Counted from the first letter of the stretch, positions 1 through 10,349 are shown. The stretch is DNA of 50,830 nt from Candidatus Dormiibacterota bacterium (GCA_049583555.1 JBAUWA010000007.1:1-50830); one strand, 5' to 3'. Notes: generated by a model not told the origin, from the letters alone. Made by a program: numbers and translations.

Positions 1-1038
1 CTCGTTGATGTAGCCATAACCTCCCAGCACTTGGACCGCGTCGGTAGTCACCTTCATGGCTGCGTCAGAGGCGGCCAGCTTCGCCATCGCCGCCAGCACG
101 GTCATCTGCGGATCTAGCTCATCAACCGCACGGCAAGCCTGATGGGTGAGTGCGCGGGCGGCCTCGACCTGAGTAGCCATGTCCGCGAGCATGAACTGGA
201 TACCTTGAAACTCCGCGATGGGCCGGCCGAATTGGTGCCGCTGCTGAGCGTATTCCACAGCCTGCTCCAGGGCCCCAGCGGCGATCCCCAAGGCCTGGGC
301 CGCGATCTGGGGCCGGGAGCGATCGAGAACTCCCATGGCGATCCTGAAGCCGTCTCCTTCAGCTCCCAGGCGTCGACTGGCGGGAACCCGGCAACCGCTG
401 AAGACGAGCTCGGCGGTGTCACTGCCGCGGATCCCCAACTTGCCATGGATCCGGTTGCGCTGTAGCCCCGGACTGTCGCCATTGACCAGGAAGGCCGAGA
501 TACCCCGGGCGCCCTCACCCGGTTCGGTGACCGCGAAGACCACGATCAGGTCGGCCACGCTGCCATTGGTTATCCAGGTCTTGGTCCCGTCCAGGACATA
601 GTCATTGCCATCGCGCTTGGCACGGGTGCTCATGGAGGCTGGGTCGCTGCCAGCGTCAGGCTCGCTGAGAGCGTAAGCGGCCAGCTTGTTGCCGCTGGCG
701 AGCTGAGGCAAGAACTCTCGCTTCTGTTCCTCGGTCCCGCCCAGCAGGATCGGGTACCCTCCCAGCCCTTGTACCGCCAGGAGCAGCGCCGAGGTTGCGC
801 AGACCTTGGCGATCTCCTCGACGGCTATCGCCAAGGTGAGTGCCGAGCCCGAGAGGCCGCCGTATTCGGGACTGAAGGGGATGGCGAACACATCCTGCTG
901 GCGGAACATCTCCACAACGTCCCGAGGGAATTCAGCGGACTGGTCGATCTCGGCGGCCCTGGGCGCGATCTTCGCCCGGGCCAGCTCTCGCACCGAGGTC
1001 TGGATGGCTGACCGGTCTGCGGCAACCTCGATGGCCAT
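1..1038 (-). CDS. Acyl-CoA dehydrogenase. The 3' end is cut by the window start; the ORF is absent from the track because no stop codon lies inside the window.
   Basis: Minus-strand translation from the ATG at 1036-1038 gives MAIEVAADRSAIQTSVRELARAKIAPRAAEIDQSAEFPRDVVEMF... and runs through a ...GGYGYINE-type C-terminal motif at the window start. A GGAGGA SD sits 6 nt upstream of the ATG. The fold is typical of the ACAD family. Confidence 0.85.
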   Translation of the reverse strand, partial: MAIEVAADRSAIQTSVRELARAKIAPRAAEIDQSAEFPRDVVEMFRQQDVFAIPFSPEYGGLSGSALTLAIAVEEIAKVCATSALLLAVQGLGGYPILLGGTEEQKREFLPQLASGNKLAAYALSEPDAGSDPASMSTRAKRDGNDYVLDGTKTWITNGSVADLIVVFAVTEPGEGARGISAFLVNGDSPGLQRNRIHGKLGIRGSDTAELVFSGCRVPASRRLGAEGDGFRIAMGVLDRSRPQIAAQALGIAAGALEQAVEYAQQRHQFGRPIAEFQGIQFMLADMATQVEAARALTHQACRAVDELDPQMTVLAAMAKLAASDAAMKVTTDAVQVLGGYGYINE

Positions 1039-1158
1039 CGCGCGTCCTCCGCATGGGGCCTCAGTGTCGGTCTGTGCGGCCGTGGGACCTTCCTGATTGT
1101 AGGCAGAGACCGCGGATTCACCCCGCGGCGATGCCAAGAATTCCGACCCTGCCTTAGG

Positions 1159-2352
1159 TCAGGCCACCTCGACCAAGGTCGCCTCGCCCTGCGCGGTTCC
1201 GGAACAGATGGTTGCCGCCCCCAGCCCGCCGCCGCGGCGCCGCAGCTCCAAAACGGAGGCGGCAAGGATCCTGGCTCCTGACGCGCCAACAGGGTGGCCT
1301 ACGGCGATGGCACCGCCGTTGGGGTTCACCTGGTCTAAGGTCAGCTCGAGCATGCGGGAGCTGGTGATGACGACCGAGGCGAAGGCCTCGTTGATCTCGA
1401 CCACCTTCAGATCAGGGGCATTCAGTCCGCCACCCGTTTTGCCCAGCGCCTGGGCCAGTGCGGTGGCAGGCACAGTGGCGAGATAGGGATGGTCGGCGGC
1501 CGACTCACCGTAGCCCAGCCACTGTGCCCAAGGCTCAACCCCTAAGGATCTGGCGCGCGCCCGACTCATCATCACAATCGCCGCTGCTCCGTCGTTGATC
1601 CCGGGGGAGTTGCCAGCGGTAACGCTGCCCTCGGGCCCGCCGAACACCGGACGCAGTGCCGCCAACTTCTCGATGCTGGTGTCCGGGCGAGGCTGCTCAT
1701 CCCGGTCCACGAGGGTTGCTCCGGCCTTGCCATGCACCTCAAGAGGTGCTAGTTCCTCGGCGATCCGACCTGCCTGCCGGGCCGCCTCGTAGCGCTGCTG
1801 TGAGAGGAGCGCGTATTCATCCTGCTCGGCTCGGCTCACCCCCAACTCGGCGGCGACGGTGGTGCCATGCTCGCCCATGGGAACGTCGTCGATGGGACAG
1901 GTGAGCCCGTCCCAGAGCATCGAGTCGTAGATCGTCATGTGGCCCATGGGCACCCCGCGGCGGACCCCGGGCAAAAGCATGGGTGCCTGGGACATGGACT
2001 CCATGCCGCCGGCGACCACCACCTCTGCCTCTCCTGCCTTGATCAGGAGAGCGCCGAGGTTGACGGCCTTGAGCGAGGAGGCACAGACCTTGTTGACCGT
2101 GAGCGACGAGACCTGGGAAGGGATTCCCGCCTTCAGGGCCGCCTGACGGGCCGGTATCTGCCCCTGGCCAGCAGTGATGACGGTGCCCATGATGCATTGG
2201 TCAACTTCTTCCGGGGCCACGCCGGCACGTTCCAGCGCGGCCCTGATGGCATGAGCGCCAAGATCGACCGCCGAGACGGAGCTGAGGGCCCCGCCCAACT
2301 TGCCGAAGGGGGTGCGAGCCGCCGCCACAATCAAAGGGTCTCGATCGCTCAC
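1159..2352 (-). CDS. Acetyl-CoA C-acetyltransferase / 3-ketoacyl-CoA thiolase
   Basis: 397 aa. Contains the thiolase active-site Cys region (VNKVCASSLKA) and the C-terminal motifs NPNGGAIAVGHPVGASGARI and CSGTAQGEA. Confidence 0.9.
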   Translation of the reverse strand: MSDRDPLIVAAARTPFGKLGGALSSVSAVDLGAHAIRAALERAGVAPEEVDQCIMGTVITAGQGQIPARQAALKAGIPSQVSSLTVNKVCASSLKAVNLGALLIKAGEAEVVVAGGMESMSQAPMLLPGVRRGVPMGHMTIYDSMLWDGLTCPIDDVPMGEHGTTVAAELGVSRAEQDEYALLSQQRYEAARQAGRIAEELAPLEVHGKAGATLVDRDEQPRPDTSIEKLAALRPVFGGPEGSVTAGNSPGINDGAAAIVMMSRARARSLGVEPWAQWLGYGESAADHPYLATVPATALAQALGKTGGGLNAPDLKVVEINEAFASVVITSSRMLELTLDQVNPNGGAIAVGHPVGASGARILAASVLELRRRGGGLGAATICSGTAQGEATLVEVA

Positions 2353-2392
2353 TACCCAATCGTACCCCCGACAGGAGAAACCACCCGAAGGC

Positions 2393-3586
2393 TCAGGCGC
2401 GCTCCTCGTCGATCAGCCGCGAGACCGAGCCGCCCAGTCCCAGGAGGTGGGAGGCGATCATCAGTCGCTGGATCTCCGAGGTACCCTCTCCGATCTCGTT
2501 GATCTTGACGTCGCGATAGTAGCGAGCCACGGGCAGGTCCTCCATGAACCCCGCGCCGCCGTGGATTTGCACCGCCTGGTTGGCGCACCAAGTTGCTGTC
2601 TCCGAGGCCTGAACCTTGGCCATGGCGGCGAACTGTCCCGCTGCTTGACCCAGGTCGATCAGGGTGCCCGCCCGCCACACCATCAGGCGGCTCAGTTCGA
2701 TCTGGGTGGCCATGTCGGCCAGCTTCATCTGGGTCGCCTGAAACTGGCTGATGGCCCGACCGAATTGCCGCCGCTGCTGGGAGTAGCTGAGACATGCATC
2801 CAGGCAAGCCTGAGCCACGCCCACCGCCAGGGCGGCGATAGCCACCCGCCCTGCCTCCAGGGTCTTGAAGAACTGACCCAGTCCCCCGCCTTCCTTGCCC
2901 AGCAAATTGGATCCGGGCACCCGACATCGGGCGAAGTTCAGCTCCCTGGTGTCACTGGCATGCCAGCCCAGCTTGCGATAGGGTGGCCCGAATTCGAAGC
3001 CCGATGACCCCCGCTCCACCAAGAAGGCGCTGACCTGCTTGCGCCCACCCTCATTCCCGCTGATGGCGGTGATGGTGACTCCGGAGCTGATGTCGGTCCC
3101 GGCGTTGGTGATGAAGCACTTGGTGCCATCGATCACCCACTCTTCGCCCTCGCGCCGCGCCCTGGTCTTGGTCCCTCCCGCATCCGAGCCAGCCTCGGGT
3201 TCGGTGAGTCCGAAGGCCCAGAGCTTTCGACCGGCGCAGAGATCGGGGAGGTAACGCTGCTTCTGCTCCTCACTTCCGTAGTGAAATATGGGCGCTATCC
3301 CCAGCGAGACCGCCGCCTCCATGGTGATCGCCAGGGCGGCGTCGGCCCGGGCTATCTCCTCGAGGGCCACTAGGTAGCTGACGAAGTCGGCTCCGGCCCC
3401 GCCCACCGATTCCGGATAGGGCAGCCCGAAGAGCCCCAACTCCGCCATTTGCGCTACCAGGGGATAGGGAAAGGCCTCACGCCGGTCCCAGTCGGCCGCC
3501 TCGGGGGCCACCACCTGGCTGGCGAATTCGCGGGTGGTTTGGCGGATCGCCGCCTGCTCCGGACTCAGCTCGAAGCTCAGTCCCAT
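2393..3586 (-). CDS. Acyl-CoA dehydrogenase
   Basis: 397 aa. Shows the ACAD N/M/C domain pattern, including GLTEPEAGSDAGGTKTRA, and ends in IYEGTSEIQRLMIA. Confidence 0.9.
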   Translation of the reverse strand: MGLSFELSPEQAAIRQTTREFASQVVAPEAADWDRREAFPYPLVAQMAELGLFGLPYPESVGGAGADFVSYLVALEEIARADAALAITMEAAVSLGIAPIFHYGSEEQKQRYLPDLCAGRKLWAFGLTEPEAGSDAGGTKTRARREGEEWVIDGTKCFITNAGTDISSGVTITAISGNEGGRKQVSAFLVERGSSGFEFGPPYRKLGWHASDTRELNFARCRVPGSNLLGKEGGGLGQFFKTLEAGRVAIAALAVGVAQACLDACLSYSQQRRQFGRAISQFQATQMKLADMATQIELSRLMVWRAGTLIDLGQAAGQFAAMAKVQASETATWCANQAVQIHGGAGFMEDLPVARYYRDVKINEIGEGTSEIQRLMIASHLLGLGGSVSRLIDEERA

Positions 3587-3591
3587 CTGGG

Positions 3592-4503
3592 CTAGGATCG
3601 CACCGCAGCGCCGAGCTGCTGGCGCACCAATTCAACGATCTGCTCGATGGTGTCGGCGACCTCGACCCCGGCCTTCTCCAGAGCGGCCACCTTGGAGGCG
3701 GGGCTGCCGGTCGTTCCGCTGATGATGGCACCGGCATGGCCCATCCGCTTCCCTGGCGGCGCGCTGCGGCCACTGATGAAGCCCACCACCGGCTTGGGGT
3801 AGCCCCGCCCGATCAGCTCGGCTGCACGCTCCTCATCGGAACCGCCGATCTCTCCGGCCAGAACCACAAGATCCGTCTCGGGGTCCTCGCCGAAGAGCTG
3901 GACCACGTCCGAGAAACTGACCCCGAGGACGGGGTCACCACCGATCCCGACCGAGGTCGATTGTCCGTAGCCGGCACGCCCGAGTGACTGGATGATCTCG
4001 TAGGTCAGAGTGCCCGATCTGGATACCACGCCCACCCGTCCTGGGTTGGCGATGTGGTTGGGAATGATCCCCACCTTGGCGCGCTCCCCGGGGGACATCA
4101 GGCCCGGGCAGTTGGGGCCCACCAGGCGGGCGCCCCGAGCATCAATGAAGGCGCGGGCCCGGACCATGTCGTTGACCGGGATCAGCTCGGTGATGCAGAC
4201 GACCAGGGCGATTCCGGCCGCCGACGCCTCCATGATCGCATCCGCCGCGAAGGCGGGAGGCACAAACACCCCAGCGGTGTTGGCTCCGGTGGCTTCGACG
4301 GCCTGCGCCACACTGTCGAAGACGGGCAGACCGAGGTGGCTGCTTCCGCCTTTGCCGGGCGACACTCCCGCCAGAACTCGCGTGCCGAAATCCAGCATCT
4401 GCTGGGTGTGAAAGGAACCCTCACTGCCGGTCATCCCCTGGACCACCACGGTCGAGTTGCGGTCCAGCAGGATGCTCAACTCAGCCGGCCTCCCCAGCCG
4501 CAA
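3592..4503 (-). CDS. sucD: Succinate--CoA ligase (ADP-forming) alpha subunit
   Basis: 303 aa. Carries the CoA-binding motif [13 protein letters not shown] and the phosphohistidine loop (GHAGAIISG). Its 5' end overlaps the 3' end of sucC by 23 nt. Confidence 0.9.
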   Translation of the reverse strand: MRLGRPAELSILLDRNSTVVVQGMTGSEGSFHTQQMLDFGTRVLAGVSPGKGGSSHLGLPVFDSVAQAVEATGANTAGVFVPPAFAADAIMEASAAGIALVVCITELIPVNDMVRARAFIDARGARLVGPNCPGLMSPGERAKVGIIPNHIANPGRVGVVSRSGTLTYEIIQSLGRAGYGQSTSVGIGGDPVLGVSFSDVVQLFGEDPETDLVVLAGEIGGSDEERAAELIGRGYPKPVVGFISGRSAPPGKRMGHAGAIISGTTGSPASKVAALEKAGVEVADTIEQIVELVRQQLGAAVRS

Positions 4504-5668
4504 CCAGCTCGACGATCTTGCGGGCCGCTTCGGGGGCGGAGACCGCGGGAGTGATCCCGGCTGCCTCGAGTAGCTGGCGTCCCTCCTCCTCCCTAGTCCC
4601 GGTCATGCGCACCACGAGCGGCACGGTCATGTGAAGCTCGTCGCGGGCGCTGATCAGGCCCCGAGCCACCTCGTCCCCTCGGGTGATGCCACCGAAGATG
4701 TTGACGAACACCCCTTTGACAGCTGGGTCCAGCAGCAGCATCTCCAGCGCCTGCTTCACCACCTCTGCCCGGGCTCCGCCGCCTATGTCCAGGAAGTTGG
4801 CGGGCGAACCACCGTGCTGCTTGACCAGGTCCAGGGTGTTCATCACCAGCCCGGCACCGTTGCCGATGATTCCCACGCTCCCGCCCAGGTGGACGTAGGT
4901 TAGGCCCCGACGCCCAGCCTCGACCTCGAGCGGGTCATCGCCGCTGGTGGCGGCGGCGGCGTCGGGGCCGAGCTGGCGCACCAGGTCGTGGTGGCGGAAC
5001 TCCGCATTCTGATCGATCTCGATCTTGGCGTCGCCGGCGATCACCTGTCCCGAGGCGGTCACCACCAGGGGGTTGATCTCACAGAGGCTGGCGTCCAGCT
5101 GCTGGGAGAGTCCGAACAATCGCTGGACCACGGGCACCAGCTCGGACAGGTAGCGGCCCTTGGGAAGGCTCTCGTCGCCTCCGACAGCGGCGAGGGCCCT
5201 CATGGTCAGCTGTCTGATCTCGAAGGGATGCGGACCGGCGAAGGGATCGGGCCAGAGCTTCGCGATCTTCTCCGGCGAGTGCTCGGCCACCTCTTCGATC
5301 TCCATCCCCCCGGCGAAGGACAGGATCACCACCTGAGACCGTCGGTCCCGGTCGACGGTCACGCCCAGATAGATCTCCTTGGCGATCTCGAGCGCTTCCT
5401 CCACCAGCACCGAAGGAACGCTGTAGCCGTGGATCTCCATTCCCAGGATCGCGGCGGCGGCATCATGGGCCTCGGCAGGTGTCTGGGCCAGCTTGACTCC
5501 TCCCGCTTTGCCTCTGCCTCCGATCGGCACCTGGGCTTTGATGACAACTCGGCCCAGCTCCTGCGCCGCTCGCTGGGCATCCTGGGGGGACCGGGCGACC
5601 CGGCCGGTTGGGCACTCGATCCCGACCCGGCGCAGCTGCTCCTTGGCCTGGTGCTCCAGTAGCTTCAC
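4481..5668 (-). CDS. sucC: Succinate--CoA ligase beta subunit (ATP-grasp)
   Basis: 395 aa. Begins [12 protein letters not shown]...[11 protein letters not shown] and is collinear with E. coli SucC throughout. A GGAGG SD lies upstream. Confidence 0.9.
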   Translation of the reverse strand: MKLLEHQAKEQLRRVGIECPTGRVARSPQDAQRAAQELGRVVIKAQVPIGGRGKAGGVKLAQTPAEAHDAAAAILGMEIHGYSVPSVLVEEALEIAKEIYLGVTVDRDRRSQVVILSFAGGMEIEEVAEHSPEKIAKLWPDPFAGPHPFEIRQLTMRALAAVGGDESLPKGRYLSELVPVVQRLFGLSQQLDASLCEINPLVVTASGQVIAGDAKIEIDQNAEFRHHDLVRQLGPDAAAATSGDDPLEVEAGRRGLTYVHLGGSVGIIGNGAGLVMNTLDLVKQHGGSPANFLDIGGGARAEVVKQALEMLLLDPAVKGVFVNIFGGITRGDEVARGLISARDELHMTVPLVVRMTGTREEEGRQLLEAAGITPAVSAPEAARKIVELVAAGEAG

Positions 5669-5738
5669 CGACGCCTCCCGTCAGCCGGTGCGCCCGGCGA
5701 CCACTGCTTCGTCTCAGTGTAGGGACGGCCGGCAGGGG

Positions 5739-7370
5739 TCAGAGCGGGATGTTGCCGTGGCGACGCTCCGGCCCGACCACTCGCTTGCTGCTGGCCATCC
5801 GCAGAGCGGAGATCAGCGCCGACCGGGTGTGACGGGGCTCGATCACGTCGTCGATATAGCCGCGCTCCGCGGCCTGGTAAGGGGTGGCGAATTGCTCACG
5901 ATAGGAGGCGATTAGCTCGGCCTGGTCGACCTGCGCTGCCCCCGGCCGAGGCCGGGCCAAGAACTGAACTGCGCCCTCAGCCCCCATGACTGCGATCTCT
6001 GCTGAGGGCCAAGCGACGTTGTAGTCGGCCCCGATGTGCTTGCTGCACATGACGTCGTAGGCGCCGCCATACGCCTTGCGGGTGATCACGGTCAGCTTCG
6101 GCACCGTGGCCTCGGCGAACGCGTAGAGCAGCTTGGCCCCGTGACGGATGATCCCGCCATACTCCTGATCAGTACCGGGGAGGAATCCTGGGACATCGAC
6201 GAATGTCACCAGGGGGATGTTGAAGGCGTCACAGAAGCGCACGAATCTTGCCCCTTTGATAGATGCGTTGATGTCGAGCGCACCGGCCAGATGACGGGGT
6301 TGATTGGCCACCACGCCAACGCTTCGTCCGTCCAGCCGGCCCAAGCCGATGACCAGGTTGGGAGCGAACAGTTCCTGAACTTCCAAAAAGTGGCCGTCAT
6401 CGACCACGCGATGGATCACGTCGCGCATGTCGTAAGCTTGGGTTTGCAGCTCGGGGATGATCTCCTGCAGCTCTACGTCGGCGCGATCGACCGGATCGGT
6501 GGACGGTACAACGGGCGCTCTTTCCCTACTGTTCTGCGGCAAGAACGAGAGCATTTCGCGGACCTGAGCGAAGACCTGGTCCTCAGTGTCTGCCACGAAA
6601 TGGGCAACTCCGCTACGTTGGGAGTGGACATCCGCGCCACCCAGTTGTTCGAAATCCACCTTCTCCCCGGTCGTGACCCGGACCACGTCGGGACCGGTGA
6701 TGAACATGTACCCGACCTTGCGCACCATGAAGGTGAAGTCGGTGATCGCCGGTGAGTAGACTGCGCCCCCAGTGCACGGCCCCGCGATGATGGATAGCTG
6801 CGGTACCACGCCGCTGCTCCGCACATTTCGGTAGAAAATATCCGCGTAACCGGCGAGTGATACCACGCCTTCCTGGATCCGGGCCCCGGCGCTGTCGTTG
6901 ATGCCAATCACAGGTGAACCGGTGCGCTCTGCCAGATCCATCACTTTGCACACCTTCTCGGCGAAGGCCTCGCCCAGCGATCCCCCCATGAACGAGGCGT
7001 CGTGGGAGAAGATGAACACCTGTCGCCCTCCCACCAGCCCATACCCGGTAACCACGCCATCGCCGAGAGCCGTCCGGTCCGCCATGTCGAACTGCGTGGA
7101 TCGATGGACCATGAAGGCGTCCAGCTCGACGAAGCTGTCCGGATCGAGCAGACGGCGAATCCGCTCCCGGGCGGTGAGTTTGCCCTTGGCGCGCTGGATC
7201 CTTTCCGGCTCGCCGCCCCGGTAAGCGGCATCGTGCCGGCGCTTGCGGAGCTGGTTGATCAAGCGCTCATTGGCACTAGGCTCGTTCCTCGGCGGCCGCC
7301 CGGTTTTGTTAGGGCTTGGCGGCGTGTTGTCGGTCTGCTCGGGCGCCGTCCGCGCCTTGGGCTTGGACAC
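5739..7370 (-). CDS. pccB: Propionyl-CoA / acyl-CoA carboxylase carboxyltransferase (beta) subunit
   Basis: 543 aa, with two crotonase-fold carboxyltransferase halves. The N-terminus (RIQRAKGKLTARERIRRLLDPDSF) is typical of PccB/AccD5. Confidence 0.88.
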   Translation of the reverse strand: MSKPKARTAPEQTDNTPPSPNKTGRPPRNEPSANERLINQLRKRRHDAAYRGGEPERIQRAKGKLTARERIRRLLDPDSFVELDAFMVHRSTQFDMADRTALGDGVVTGYGLVGGRQVFIFSHDASFMGGSLGEAFAEKVCKVMDLAERTGSPVIGINDSAGARIQEGVVSLAGYADIFYRNVRSSGVVPQLSIIAGPCTGGAVYSPAITDFTFMVRKVGYMFITGPDVVRVTTGEKVDFEQLGGADVHSQRSGVAHFVADTEDQVFAQVREMLSFLPQNSRERAPVVPSTDPVDRADVELQEIIPELQTQAYDMRDVIHRVVDDGHFLEVQELFAPNLVIGLGRLDGRSVGVVANQPRHLAGALDINASIKGARFVRFCDAFNIPLVTFVDVPGFLPGTDQEYGGIIRHGAKLLYAFAEATVPKLTVITRKAYGGAYDVMCSKHIGADYNVAWPSAEIAVMGAEGAVQFLARPRPGAAQVDQAELIASYREQFATPYQAAERGYIDDVIEPRHTRSALISALRMASSKRVVGPERRHGNIPL

Positions 7371-7441
7371 CTCGCCATCTTCGCTGATCCATTAGGGCAC
7401 GGACTCCGTCTGGAGGCCGCGCATTCGCAGATGCTGAGCCG

Positions 7442-8299
7442 GTGAGCGCGACCGTCGGCGCCACCGCGCCCTTGGCGGCGGAGCCTCTGTCTTTGGGCAA
7501 TCCCCCCAGAGGCGGATGGCACTGGCGGGTGTGGATTGCGGAGGGGTCAGGCACCTCGATCCTGGTGCTGGGCGGTCTCAGCGCCGTCTGCCTCGACTTC
7601 GGAGCGGGCTCACCGATGCTCCACCTGGTCCCAAATGCGTCGCTCCGGCTCTTGATCACGGGGCTGCTGTTCGCGGGAACCGGGGGACTCGTGGCGATCT
7701 CGCCCTTAGGACGTCTTAGTGGCGCGCATCTCAATCCGTCGGTGACCATTGCCTTCTGGTCGAGCGGGCACGTCTCGCGGTCCGACCTCTTTGGGTACCT
7801 GGGGTCGCAGCTGCTGGGCGCCATCGTTGGGGTCGCAATCCTGAGGTTGAGTTGGGGCCAAGTGGCAGTCTCGGTCGGAGACGGTCGCACCAGCCCTCAC
7901 CCAGGTGTCAGCGTAGCGGCCGCGATTGGCATCGAGGCTCTGATGACCGCCATCTTGATCCTGACCATCTTCACCTTCACCTCCTCAGCTAGAACCGCGC
8001 GCTGGACTCCGCTGGCGCTCTGGCTGGTGATCGCTTTGCTGGTTTGGCGGGGAGCGCCTTACACGGGTTGCAGCATGAATCCCGCCCGCAGCCTGGGGCC
8101 GGCGGTGATCTCGGGAGTTTTCGGGTCGCTGTGGATCTACCTGGTGGCGCCGCCGCTGGGGGCGCTGGCGGCGGCGCAGCTATTCCTGAGGGTCCCGCTG
8201 GGACTGCGTCCGGTAACCGCCAAGCTCTACCACGACGCTAAATACCCCAGCGTTCTTGGGACTTCTTTGGAGGTAAGACGGCGACGCTCCAAGTCCTGA
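7442..8299 (+). CDS. Aquaporin / MIP-family channel. The true start is probably an internal GTG or ATG, because aquaporins run about 230-250 aa.
   Basis: Six predicted TM segments. The first signature motif reads SGAHLNPSVT (NPS rather than the usual NPA); the second is SMNPARSLGPA (NPA). It is encoded antisense to the surrounding metabolic cluster. Confidence 0.8.
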   Translation: MSATVGATAPLAAEPLSLGNPPRGGWHWRVWIAEGSGTSILVLGGLSAVCLDFGAGSPMLHLVPNASLRLLITGLLFAGTGGLVAISPLGRLSGAHLNPSVTIAFWSSGHVSRSDLFGYLGSQLLGAIVGVAILRLSWGQVAVSVGDGRTSPHPGVSVAAAIGIEALMTAILILTIFTFTSSARTARWTPLALWLVIALLVWRGAPYTGCSMNPARSLGPAVISGVFGSLWIYLVAPPLGALAAAQLFLRVPLGLRPVTAKLYHDAKYPSVLGTSLEVRRRRSKS

Positions 8300-8319
8300 T
8301 GCCGTCCCTTTCCCGACCG

Positions 8320-9927
8320 TCAGGCCGTGGCCCGGGGCTGGAAGGTTCCAAAAACCTGGCGCAGCCGGTTGCAGATCTCGCCCAGGGTGGCACCCGCGAC
8401 CAACGCCTGGCGCATCACCGGGAGGAGGTTGGCGTCGCCCGCGGCCACCTCCTCGACTCGAGCTAGGGCCCGCTCCACCGCCGTGCTGGACCGCTCCCGG
8501 CGGTGCCGAGCCAGCCGTTGCCGCTGACCTCGCTCCAGCTCCGGGTCGACCTTGAGAATGGGAACCTCGACCGGAAGCTGGTCTTGGAAGCGATTTACCC
8601 CCACGATCACCCGCTCTCCGTTTTCGACCAGCTGCTGATGGCGATAAGCGGCGTCCTGGATCTGGTCCTGGTAGTAGCCCTGCTCGATCGCAGCCACCGC
8701 CCCGCCCCGCCGGTCGACCTCGGAGATGATCTCGCGGGCCGCCTCGACCAACTGGCCGGTCAGCTCCTCCAGGAAATGGGCTCCACCCAAGGGATCTGCC
8801 ACCCGCGCCACTCCCGACTCGAAGGCGAGCAGCTGCTGGGTGCGCAGGGCCAGGGTTGCGGCCTGCTCGGAGGGAAGGGCCAGAGCCTCGTCGAAGGAGT
8901 TGGTGTGCAGGGACTGGGCGCCACCGAGAATCGCCGCCAGGGCCTGGAGCGAGACCCTGACCACGTTGTTGAGTGGTTGCTGGGCGGTCAGGGTGGCCCC
9001 TCCAGTCTGGGCGTGGAACCGGAGCTGGCAACTGCGCTCGCTCCGGGCTCCGAAGCGGTCGCGCATGATCCCCGACCAGAGCGTGCGGGCGGCCCGGAAT
9101 TTGCCGACCTCTTCGAAGAAGTCGTTGCCGACGTTGAAGAAGAAGCTGATTTGGGGGGCAAACTCCTCCAGCTCCATTCCGGCGCCGAGGGCCGCCTCGA
9201 CATAGGCGATCCCGTCGCTGAGGGCGAAGGCCAGCTCCTGGGGAGCGGTGGCTCCCGCCTCCCGGATGTGGTAGCCCGAGATCGAAATCGGGTGCCAGCG
9301 GGGCAGCCGCTGGTGGCAGTAAGTGAGGGTGTCGGTGATCAGCCGCATGCTGGGTCGCGGCGGGAATATGTAGGTGCCCCGAGCAACGTACTCCTTGAGG
9401 ATGTCATTCTGGACAGTGCCTCCCAGGAGTTCCGGAGCGATTCCCTCCGACTCGGCTGCCAATTCGTACATCAGCAGCAGCAGGCTGGCCGGGGCGTTGA
9501 TGGTCATCGAGGTGGTGACCTTGTCCAGGGGCAGTCCTTTGCAGAGGACCTGCATGTCGCCCAGGGTGTCGATGGCCACCCCCACCTTGCCCACCTCTCC
9601 CTCCGCCTCGGGGGCGTCGGAGTCGTAGCCCATCTGAGTAGGCAGGTCGAAGGCCACCGAGAGTCCGGTCTGGCCTCGTTCCAAGAGATAGTGGAAGCGC
9701 TCGTTGGTCGAAGCGGCCGAACCGAATCCCGCGTACTGGCGCATGGTCCACAGCCTTTGCCGGTAGCCGTCTGGGCGCAGTCCCCTGGTGTACGGCGGCT
9801 CTCCGGGAGGAGCCGGTTCGGCAGCGCCCGGTCCATACCACGGCTTGAGGGGAAGCAGAGACTCGGTCTCATCCGGCCTCGGGACGGTGGAGTCGGAGCT
9901 CACTCCCGCTCCTCCACCAGTTGGCAT
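8320..9927 (-). CDS. Methylmalonyl-CoA mutase, catalytic (N-terminal TIM-barrel) subunit of the split type. It has no fused B12-binding domain.
   Basis: 535 aa. Substrate-barrel motifs are present (TMRQYAGFG, ISISGYHIREAGATAPQELAF, FFFNVGNDFFEEV). The C-terminal DxHxxG cobalamin domain is absent. Confidence 0.9.
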   Translation of the reverse strand: MPTGGGAGVSSDSTVPRPDETESLLPLKPWYGPGAAEPAPPGEPPYTRGLRPDGYRQRLWTMRQYAGFGSAASTNERFHYLLERGQTGLSVAFDLPTQMGYDSDAPEAEGEVGKVGVAIDTLGDMQVLCKGLPLDKVTTSMTINAPASLLLLMYELAAESEGIAPELLGGTVQNDILKEYVARGTYIFPPRPSMRLITDTLTYCHQRLPRWHPISISGYHIREAGATAPQELAFALSDGIAYVEAALGAGMELEEFAPQISFFFNVGNDFFEEVGKFRAARTLWSGIMRDRFGARSERSCQLRFHAQTGGATLTAQQPLNNVVRVSLQALAAILGGAQSLHTNSFDEALALPSEQAATLALRTQQLLAFESGVARVADPLGGAHFLEELTGQLVEAAREIISEVDRRGGAVAAIEQGYYQDQIQDAAYRHQQLVENGERVIVGVNRFQDQLPVEVPILKVDPELERGQRQRLARHRRERSSTAVERALARVEEVAAGDANLLPVMRQALVAGATLGEICNRLRQVFGTFQPRATA

Positions 9928-10328
9928 AGCTCGGTCAGAACTCCCCCCGCCGACTTGGGGTGGATGAAGGCGACCAGCCTGCCCCGCGCTCCCGGCCGAG
10001 GTTGTTGGTCGATCAGTTCGGCACCTCGCTCTCGCCAGCGAATGAGCTCAGCCTGGACGTCGGGGACCAGGTAGGCAAGGTGGTGTAGACCCTCTCCCCG
10101 TTTCTCCAAGAACCGCGCGATCGAGGAGTCGGACCTGCTGCTTCCGAGCAATTCCAGGCTTGAGCGCCCGAGGTCGAAGAAGACCGTCCTCACGCCGTCA
10201 GCGAGCACCTCCTCCCGGTGGGCCGGTGGCGCCCCGAAAAACCGTTGGTAGAAGGCCGCCGCTGCCTCGAGATCGGCTACGGCGAGGCCGACGTGATCGA
10301 TCGCGGCTGGGCCGGAATCCGCCGCCAC
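9900..10328 (-). CDS. Methylmalonyl-CoA epimerase (VOC/glyoxalase fold)
   Basis: 142 aa. Starts IDHVGLAVADLEAAAAFY, contains GEGLHHLAY, and ends in the VOC C-terminal beta-alpha-beta motif. It overlaps the mutase start by 28 nt and sits in the methylmalonyl-CoA pathway context. Confidence 0.8.
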   Translation of the reverse strand: MAADSGPAAIDHVGLAVADLEAAAAFYQRFFGAPPAHREEVLADGVRTVFFDLGRSSLELLGSSRSDSSIARFLEKRGEGLHHLAYLVPDVQAELIRWRERGAELIDQQPRPGARGRLVAFIHPKSAGGVLTELCQLVEERE

Positions 10329-10349
10329 TCGCCGATTATCCCAACCCGA

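Noticed and set aside
1-1038. The ORF track lists only short ORFs for the first kilobase
   Set aside because: This is not evidence of non-coding DNA. The real ACAD gene on the minus strand has no stop inside the window and so is omitted by the ORF caller. Manual translation gives a clean ACAD sequence.
8503-10074. 523-aa plus-strand ORF, and similar long ORFs at 10218-11498, 21895-23091, 23370-24677 and 1867-2502
   Set aside because: All lie antisense to well-supported genes (the mutase, the Fe-S oxidoreductase, lpd, odhA, the thiolase). Their translations are low-complexity Arg/Gly/Pro-rich strings typical of spurious ORFs in high-GC DNA.
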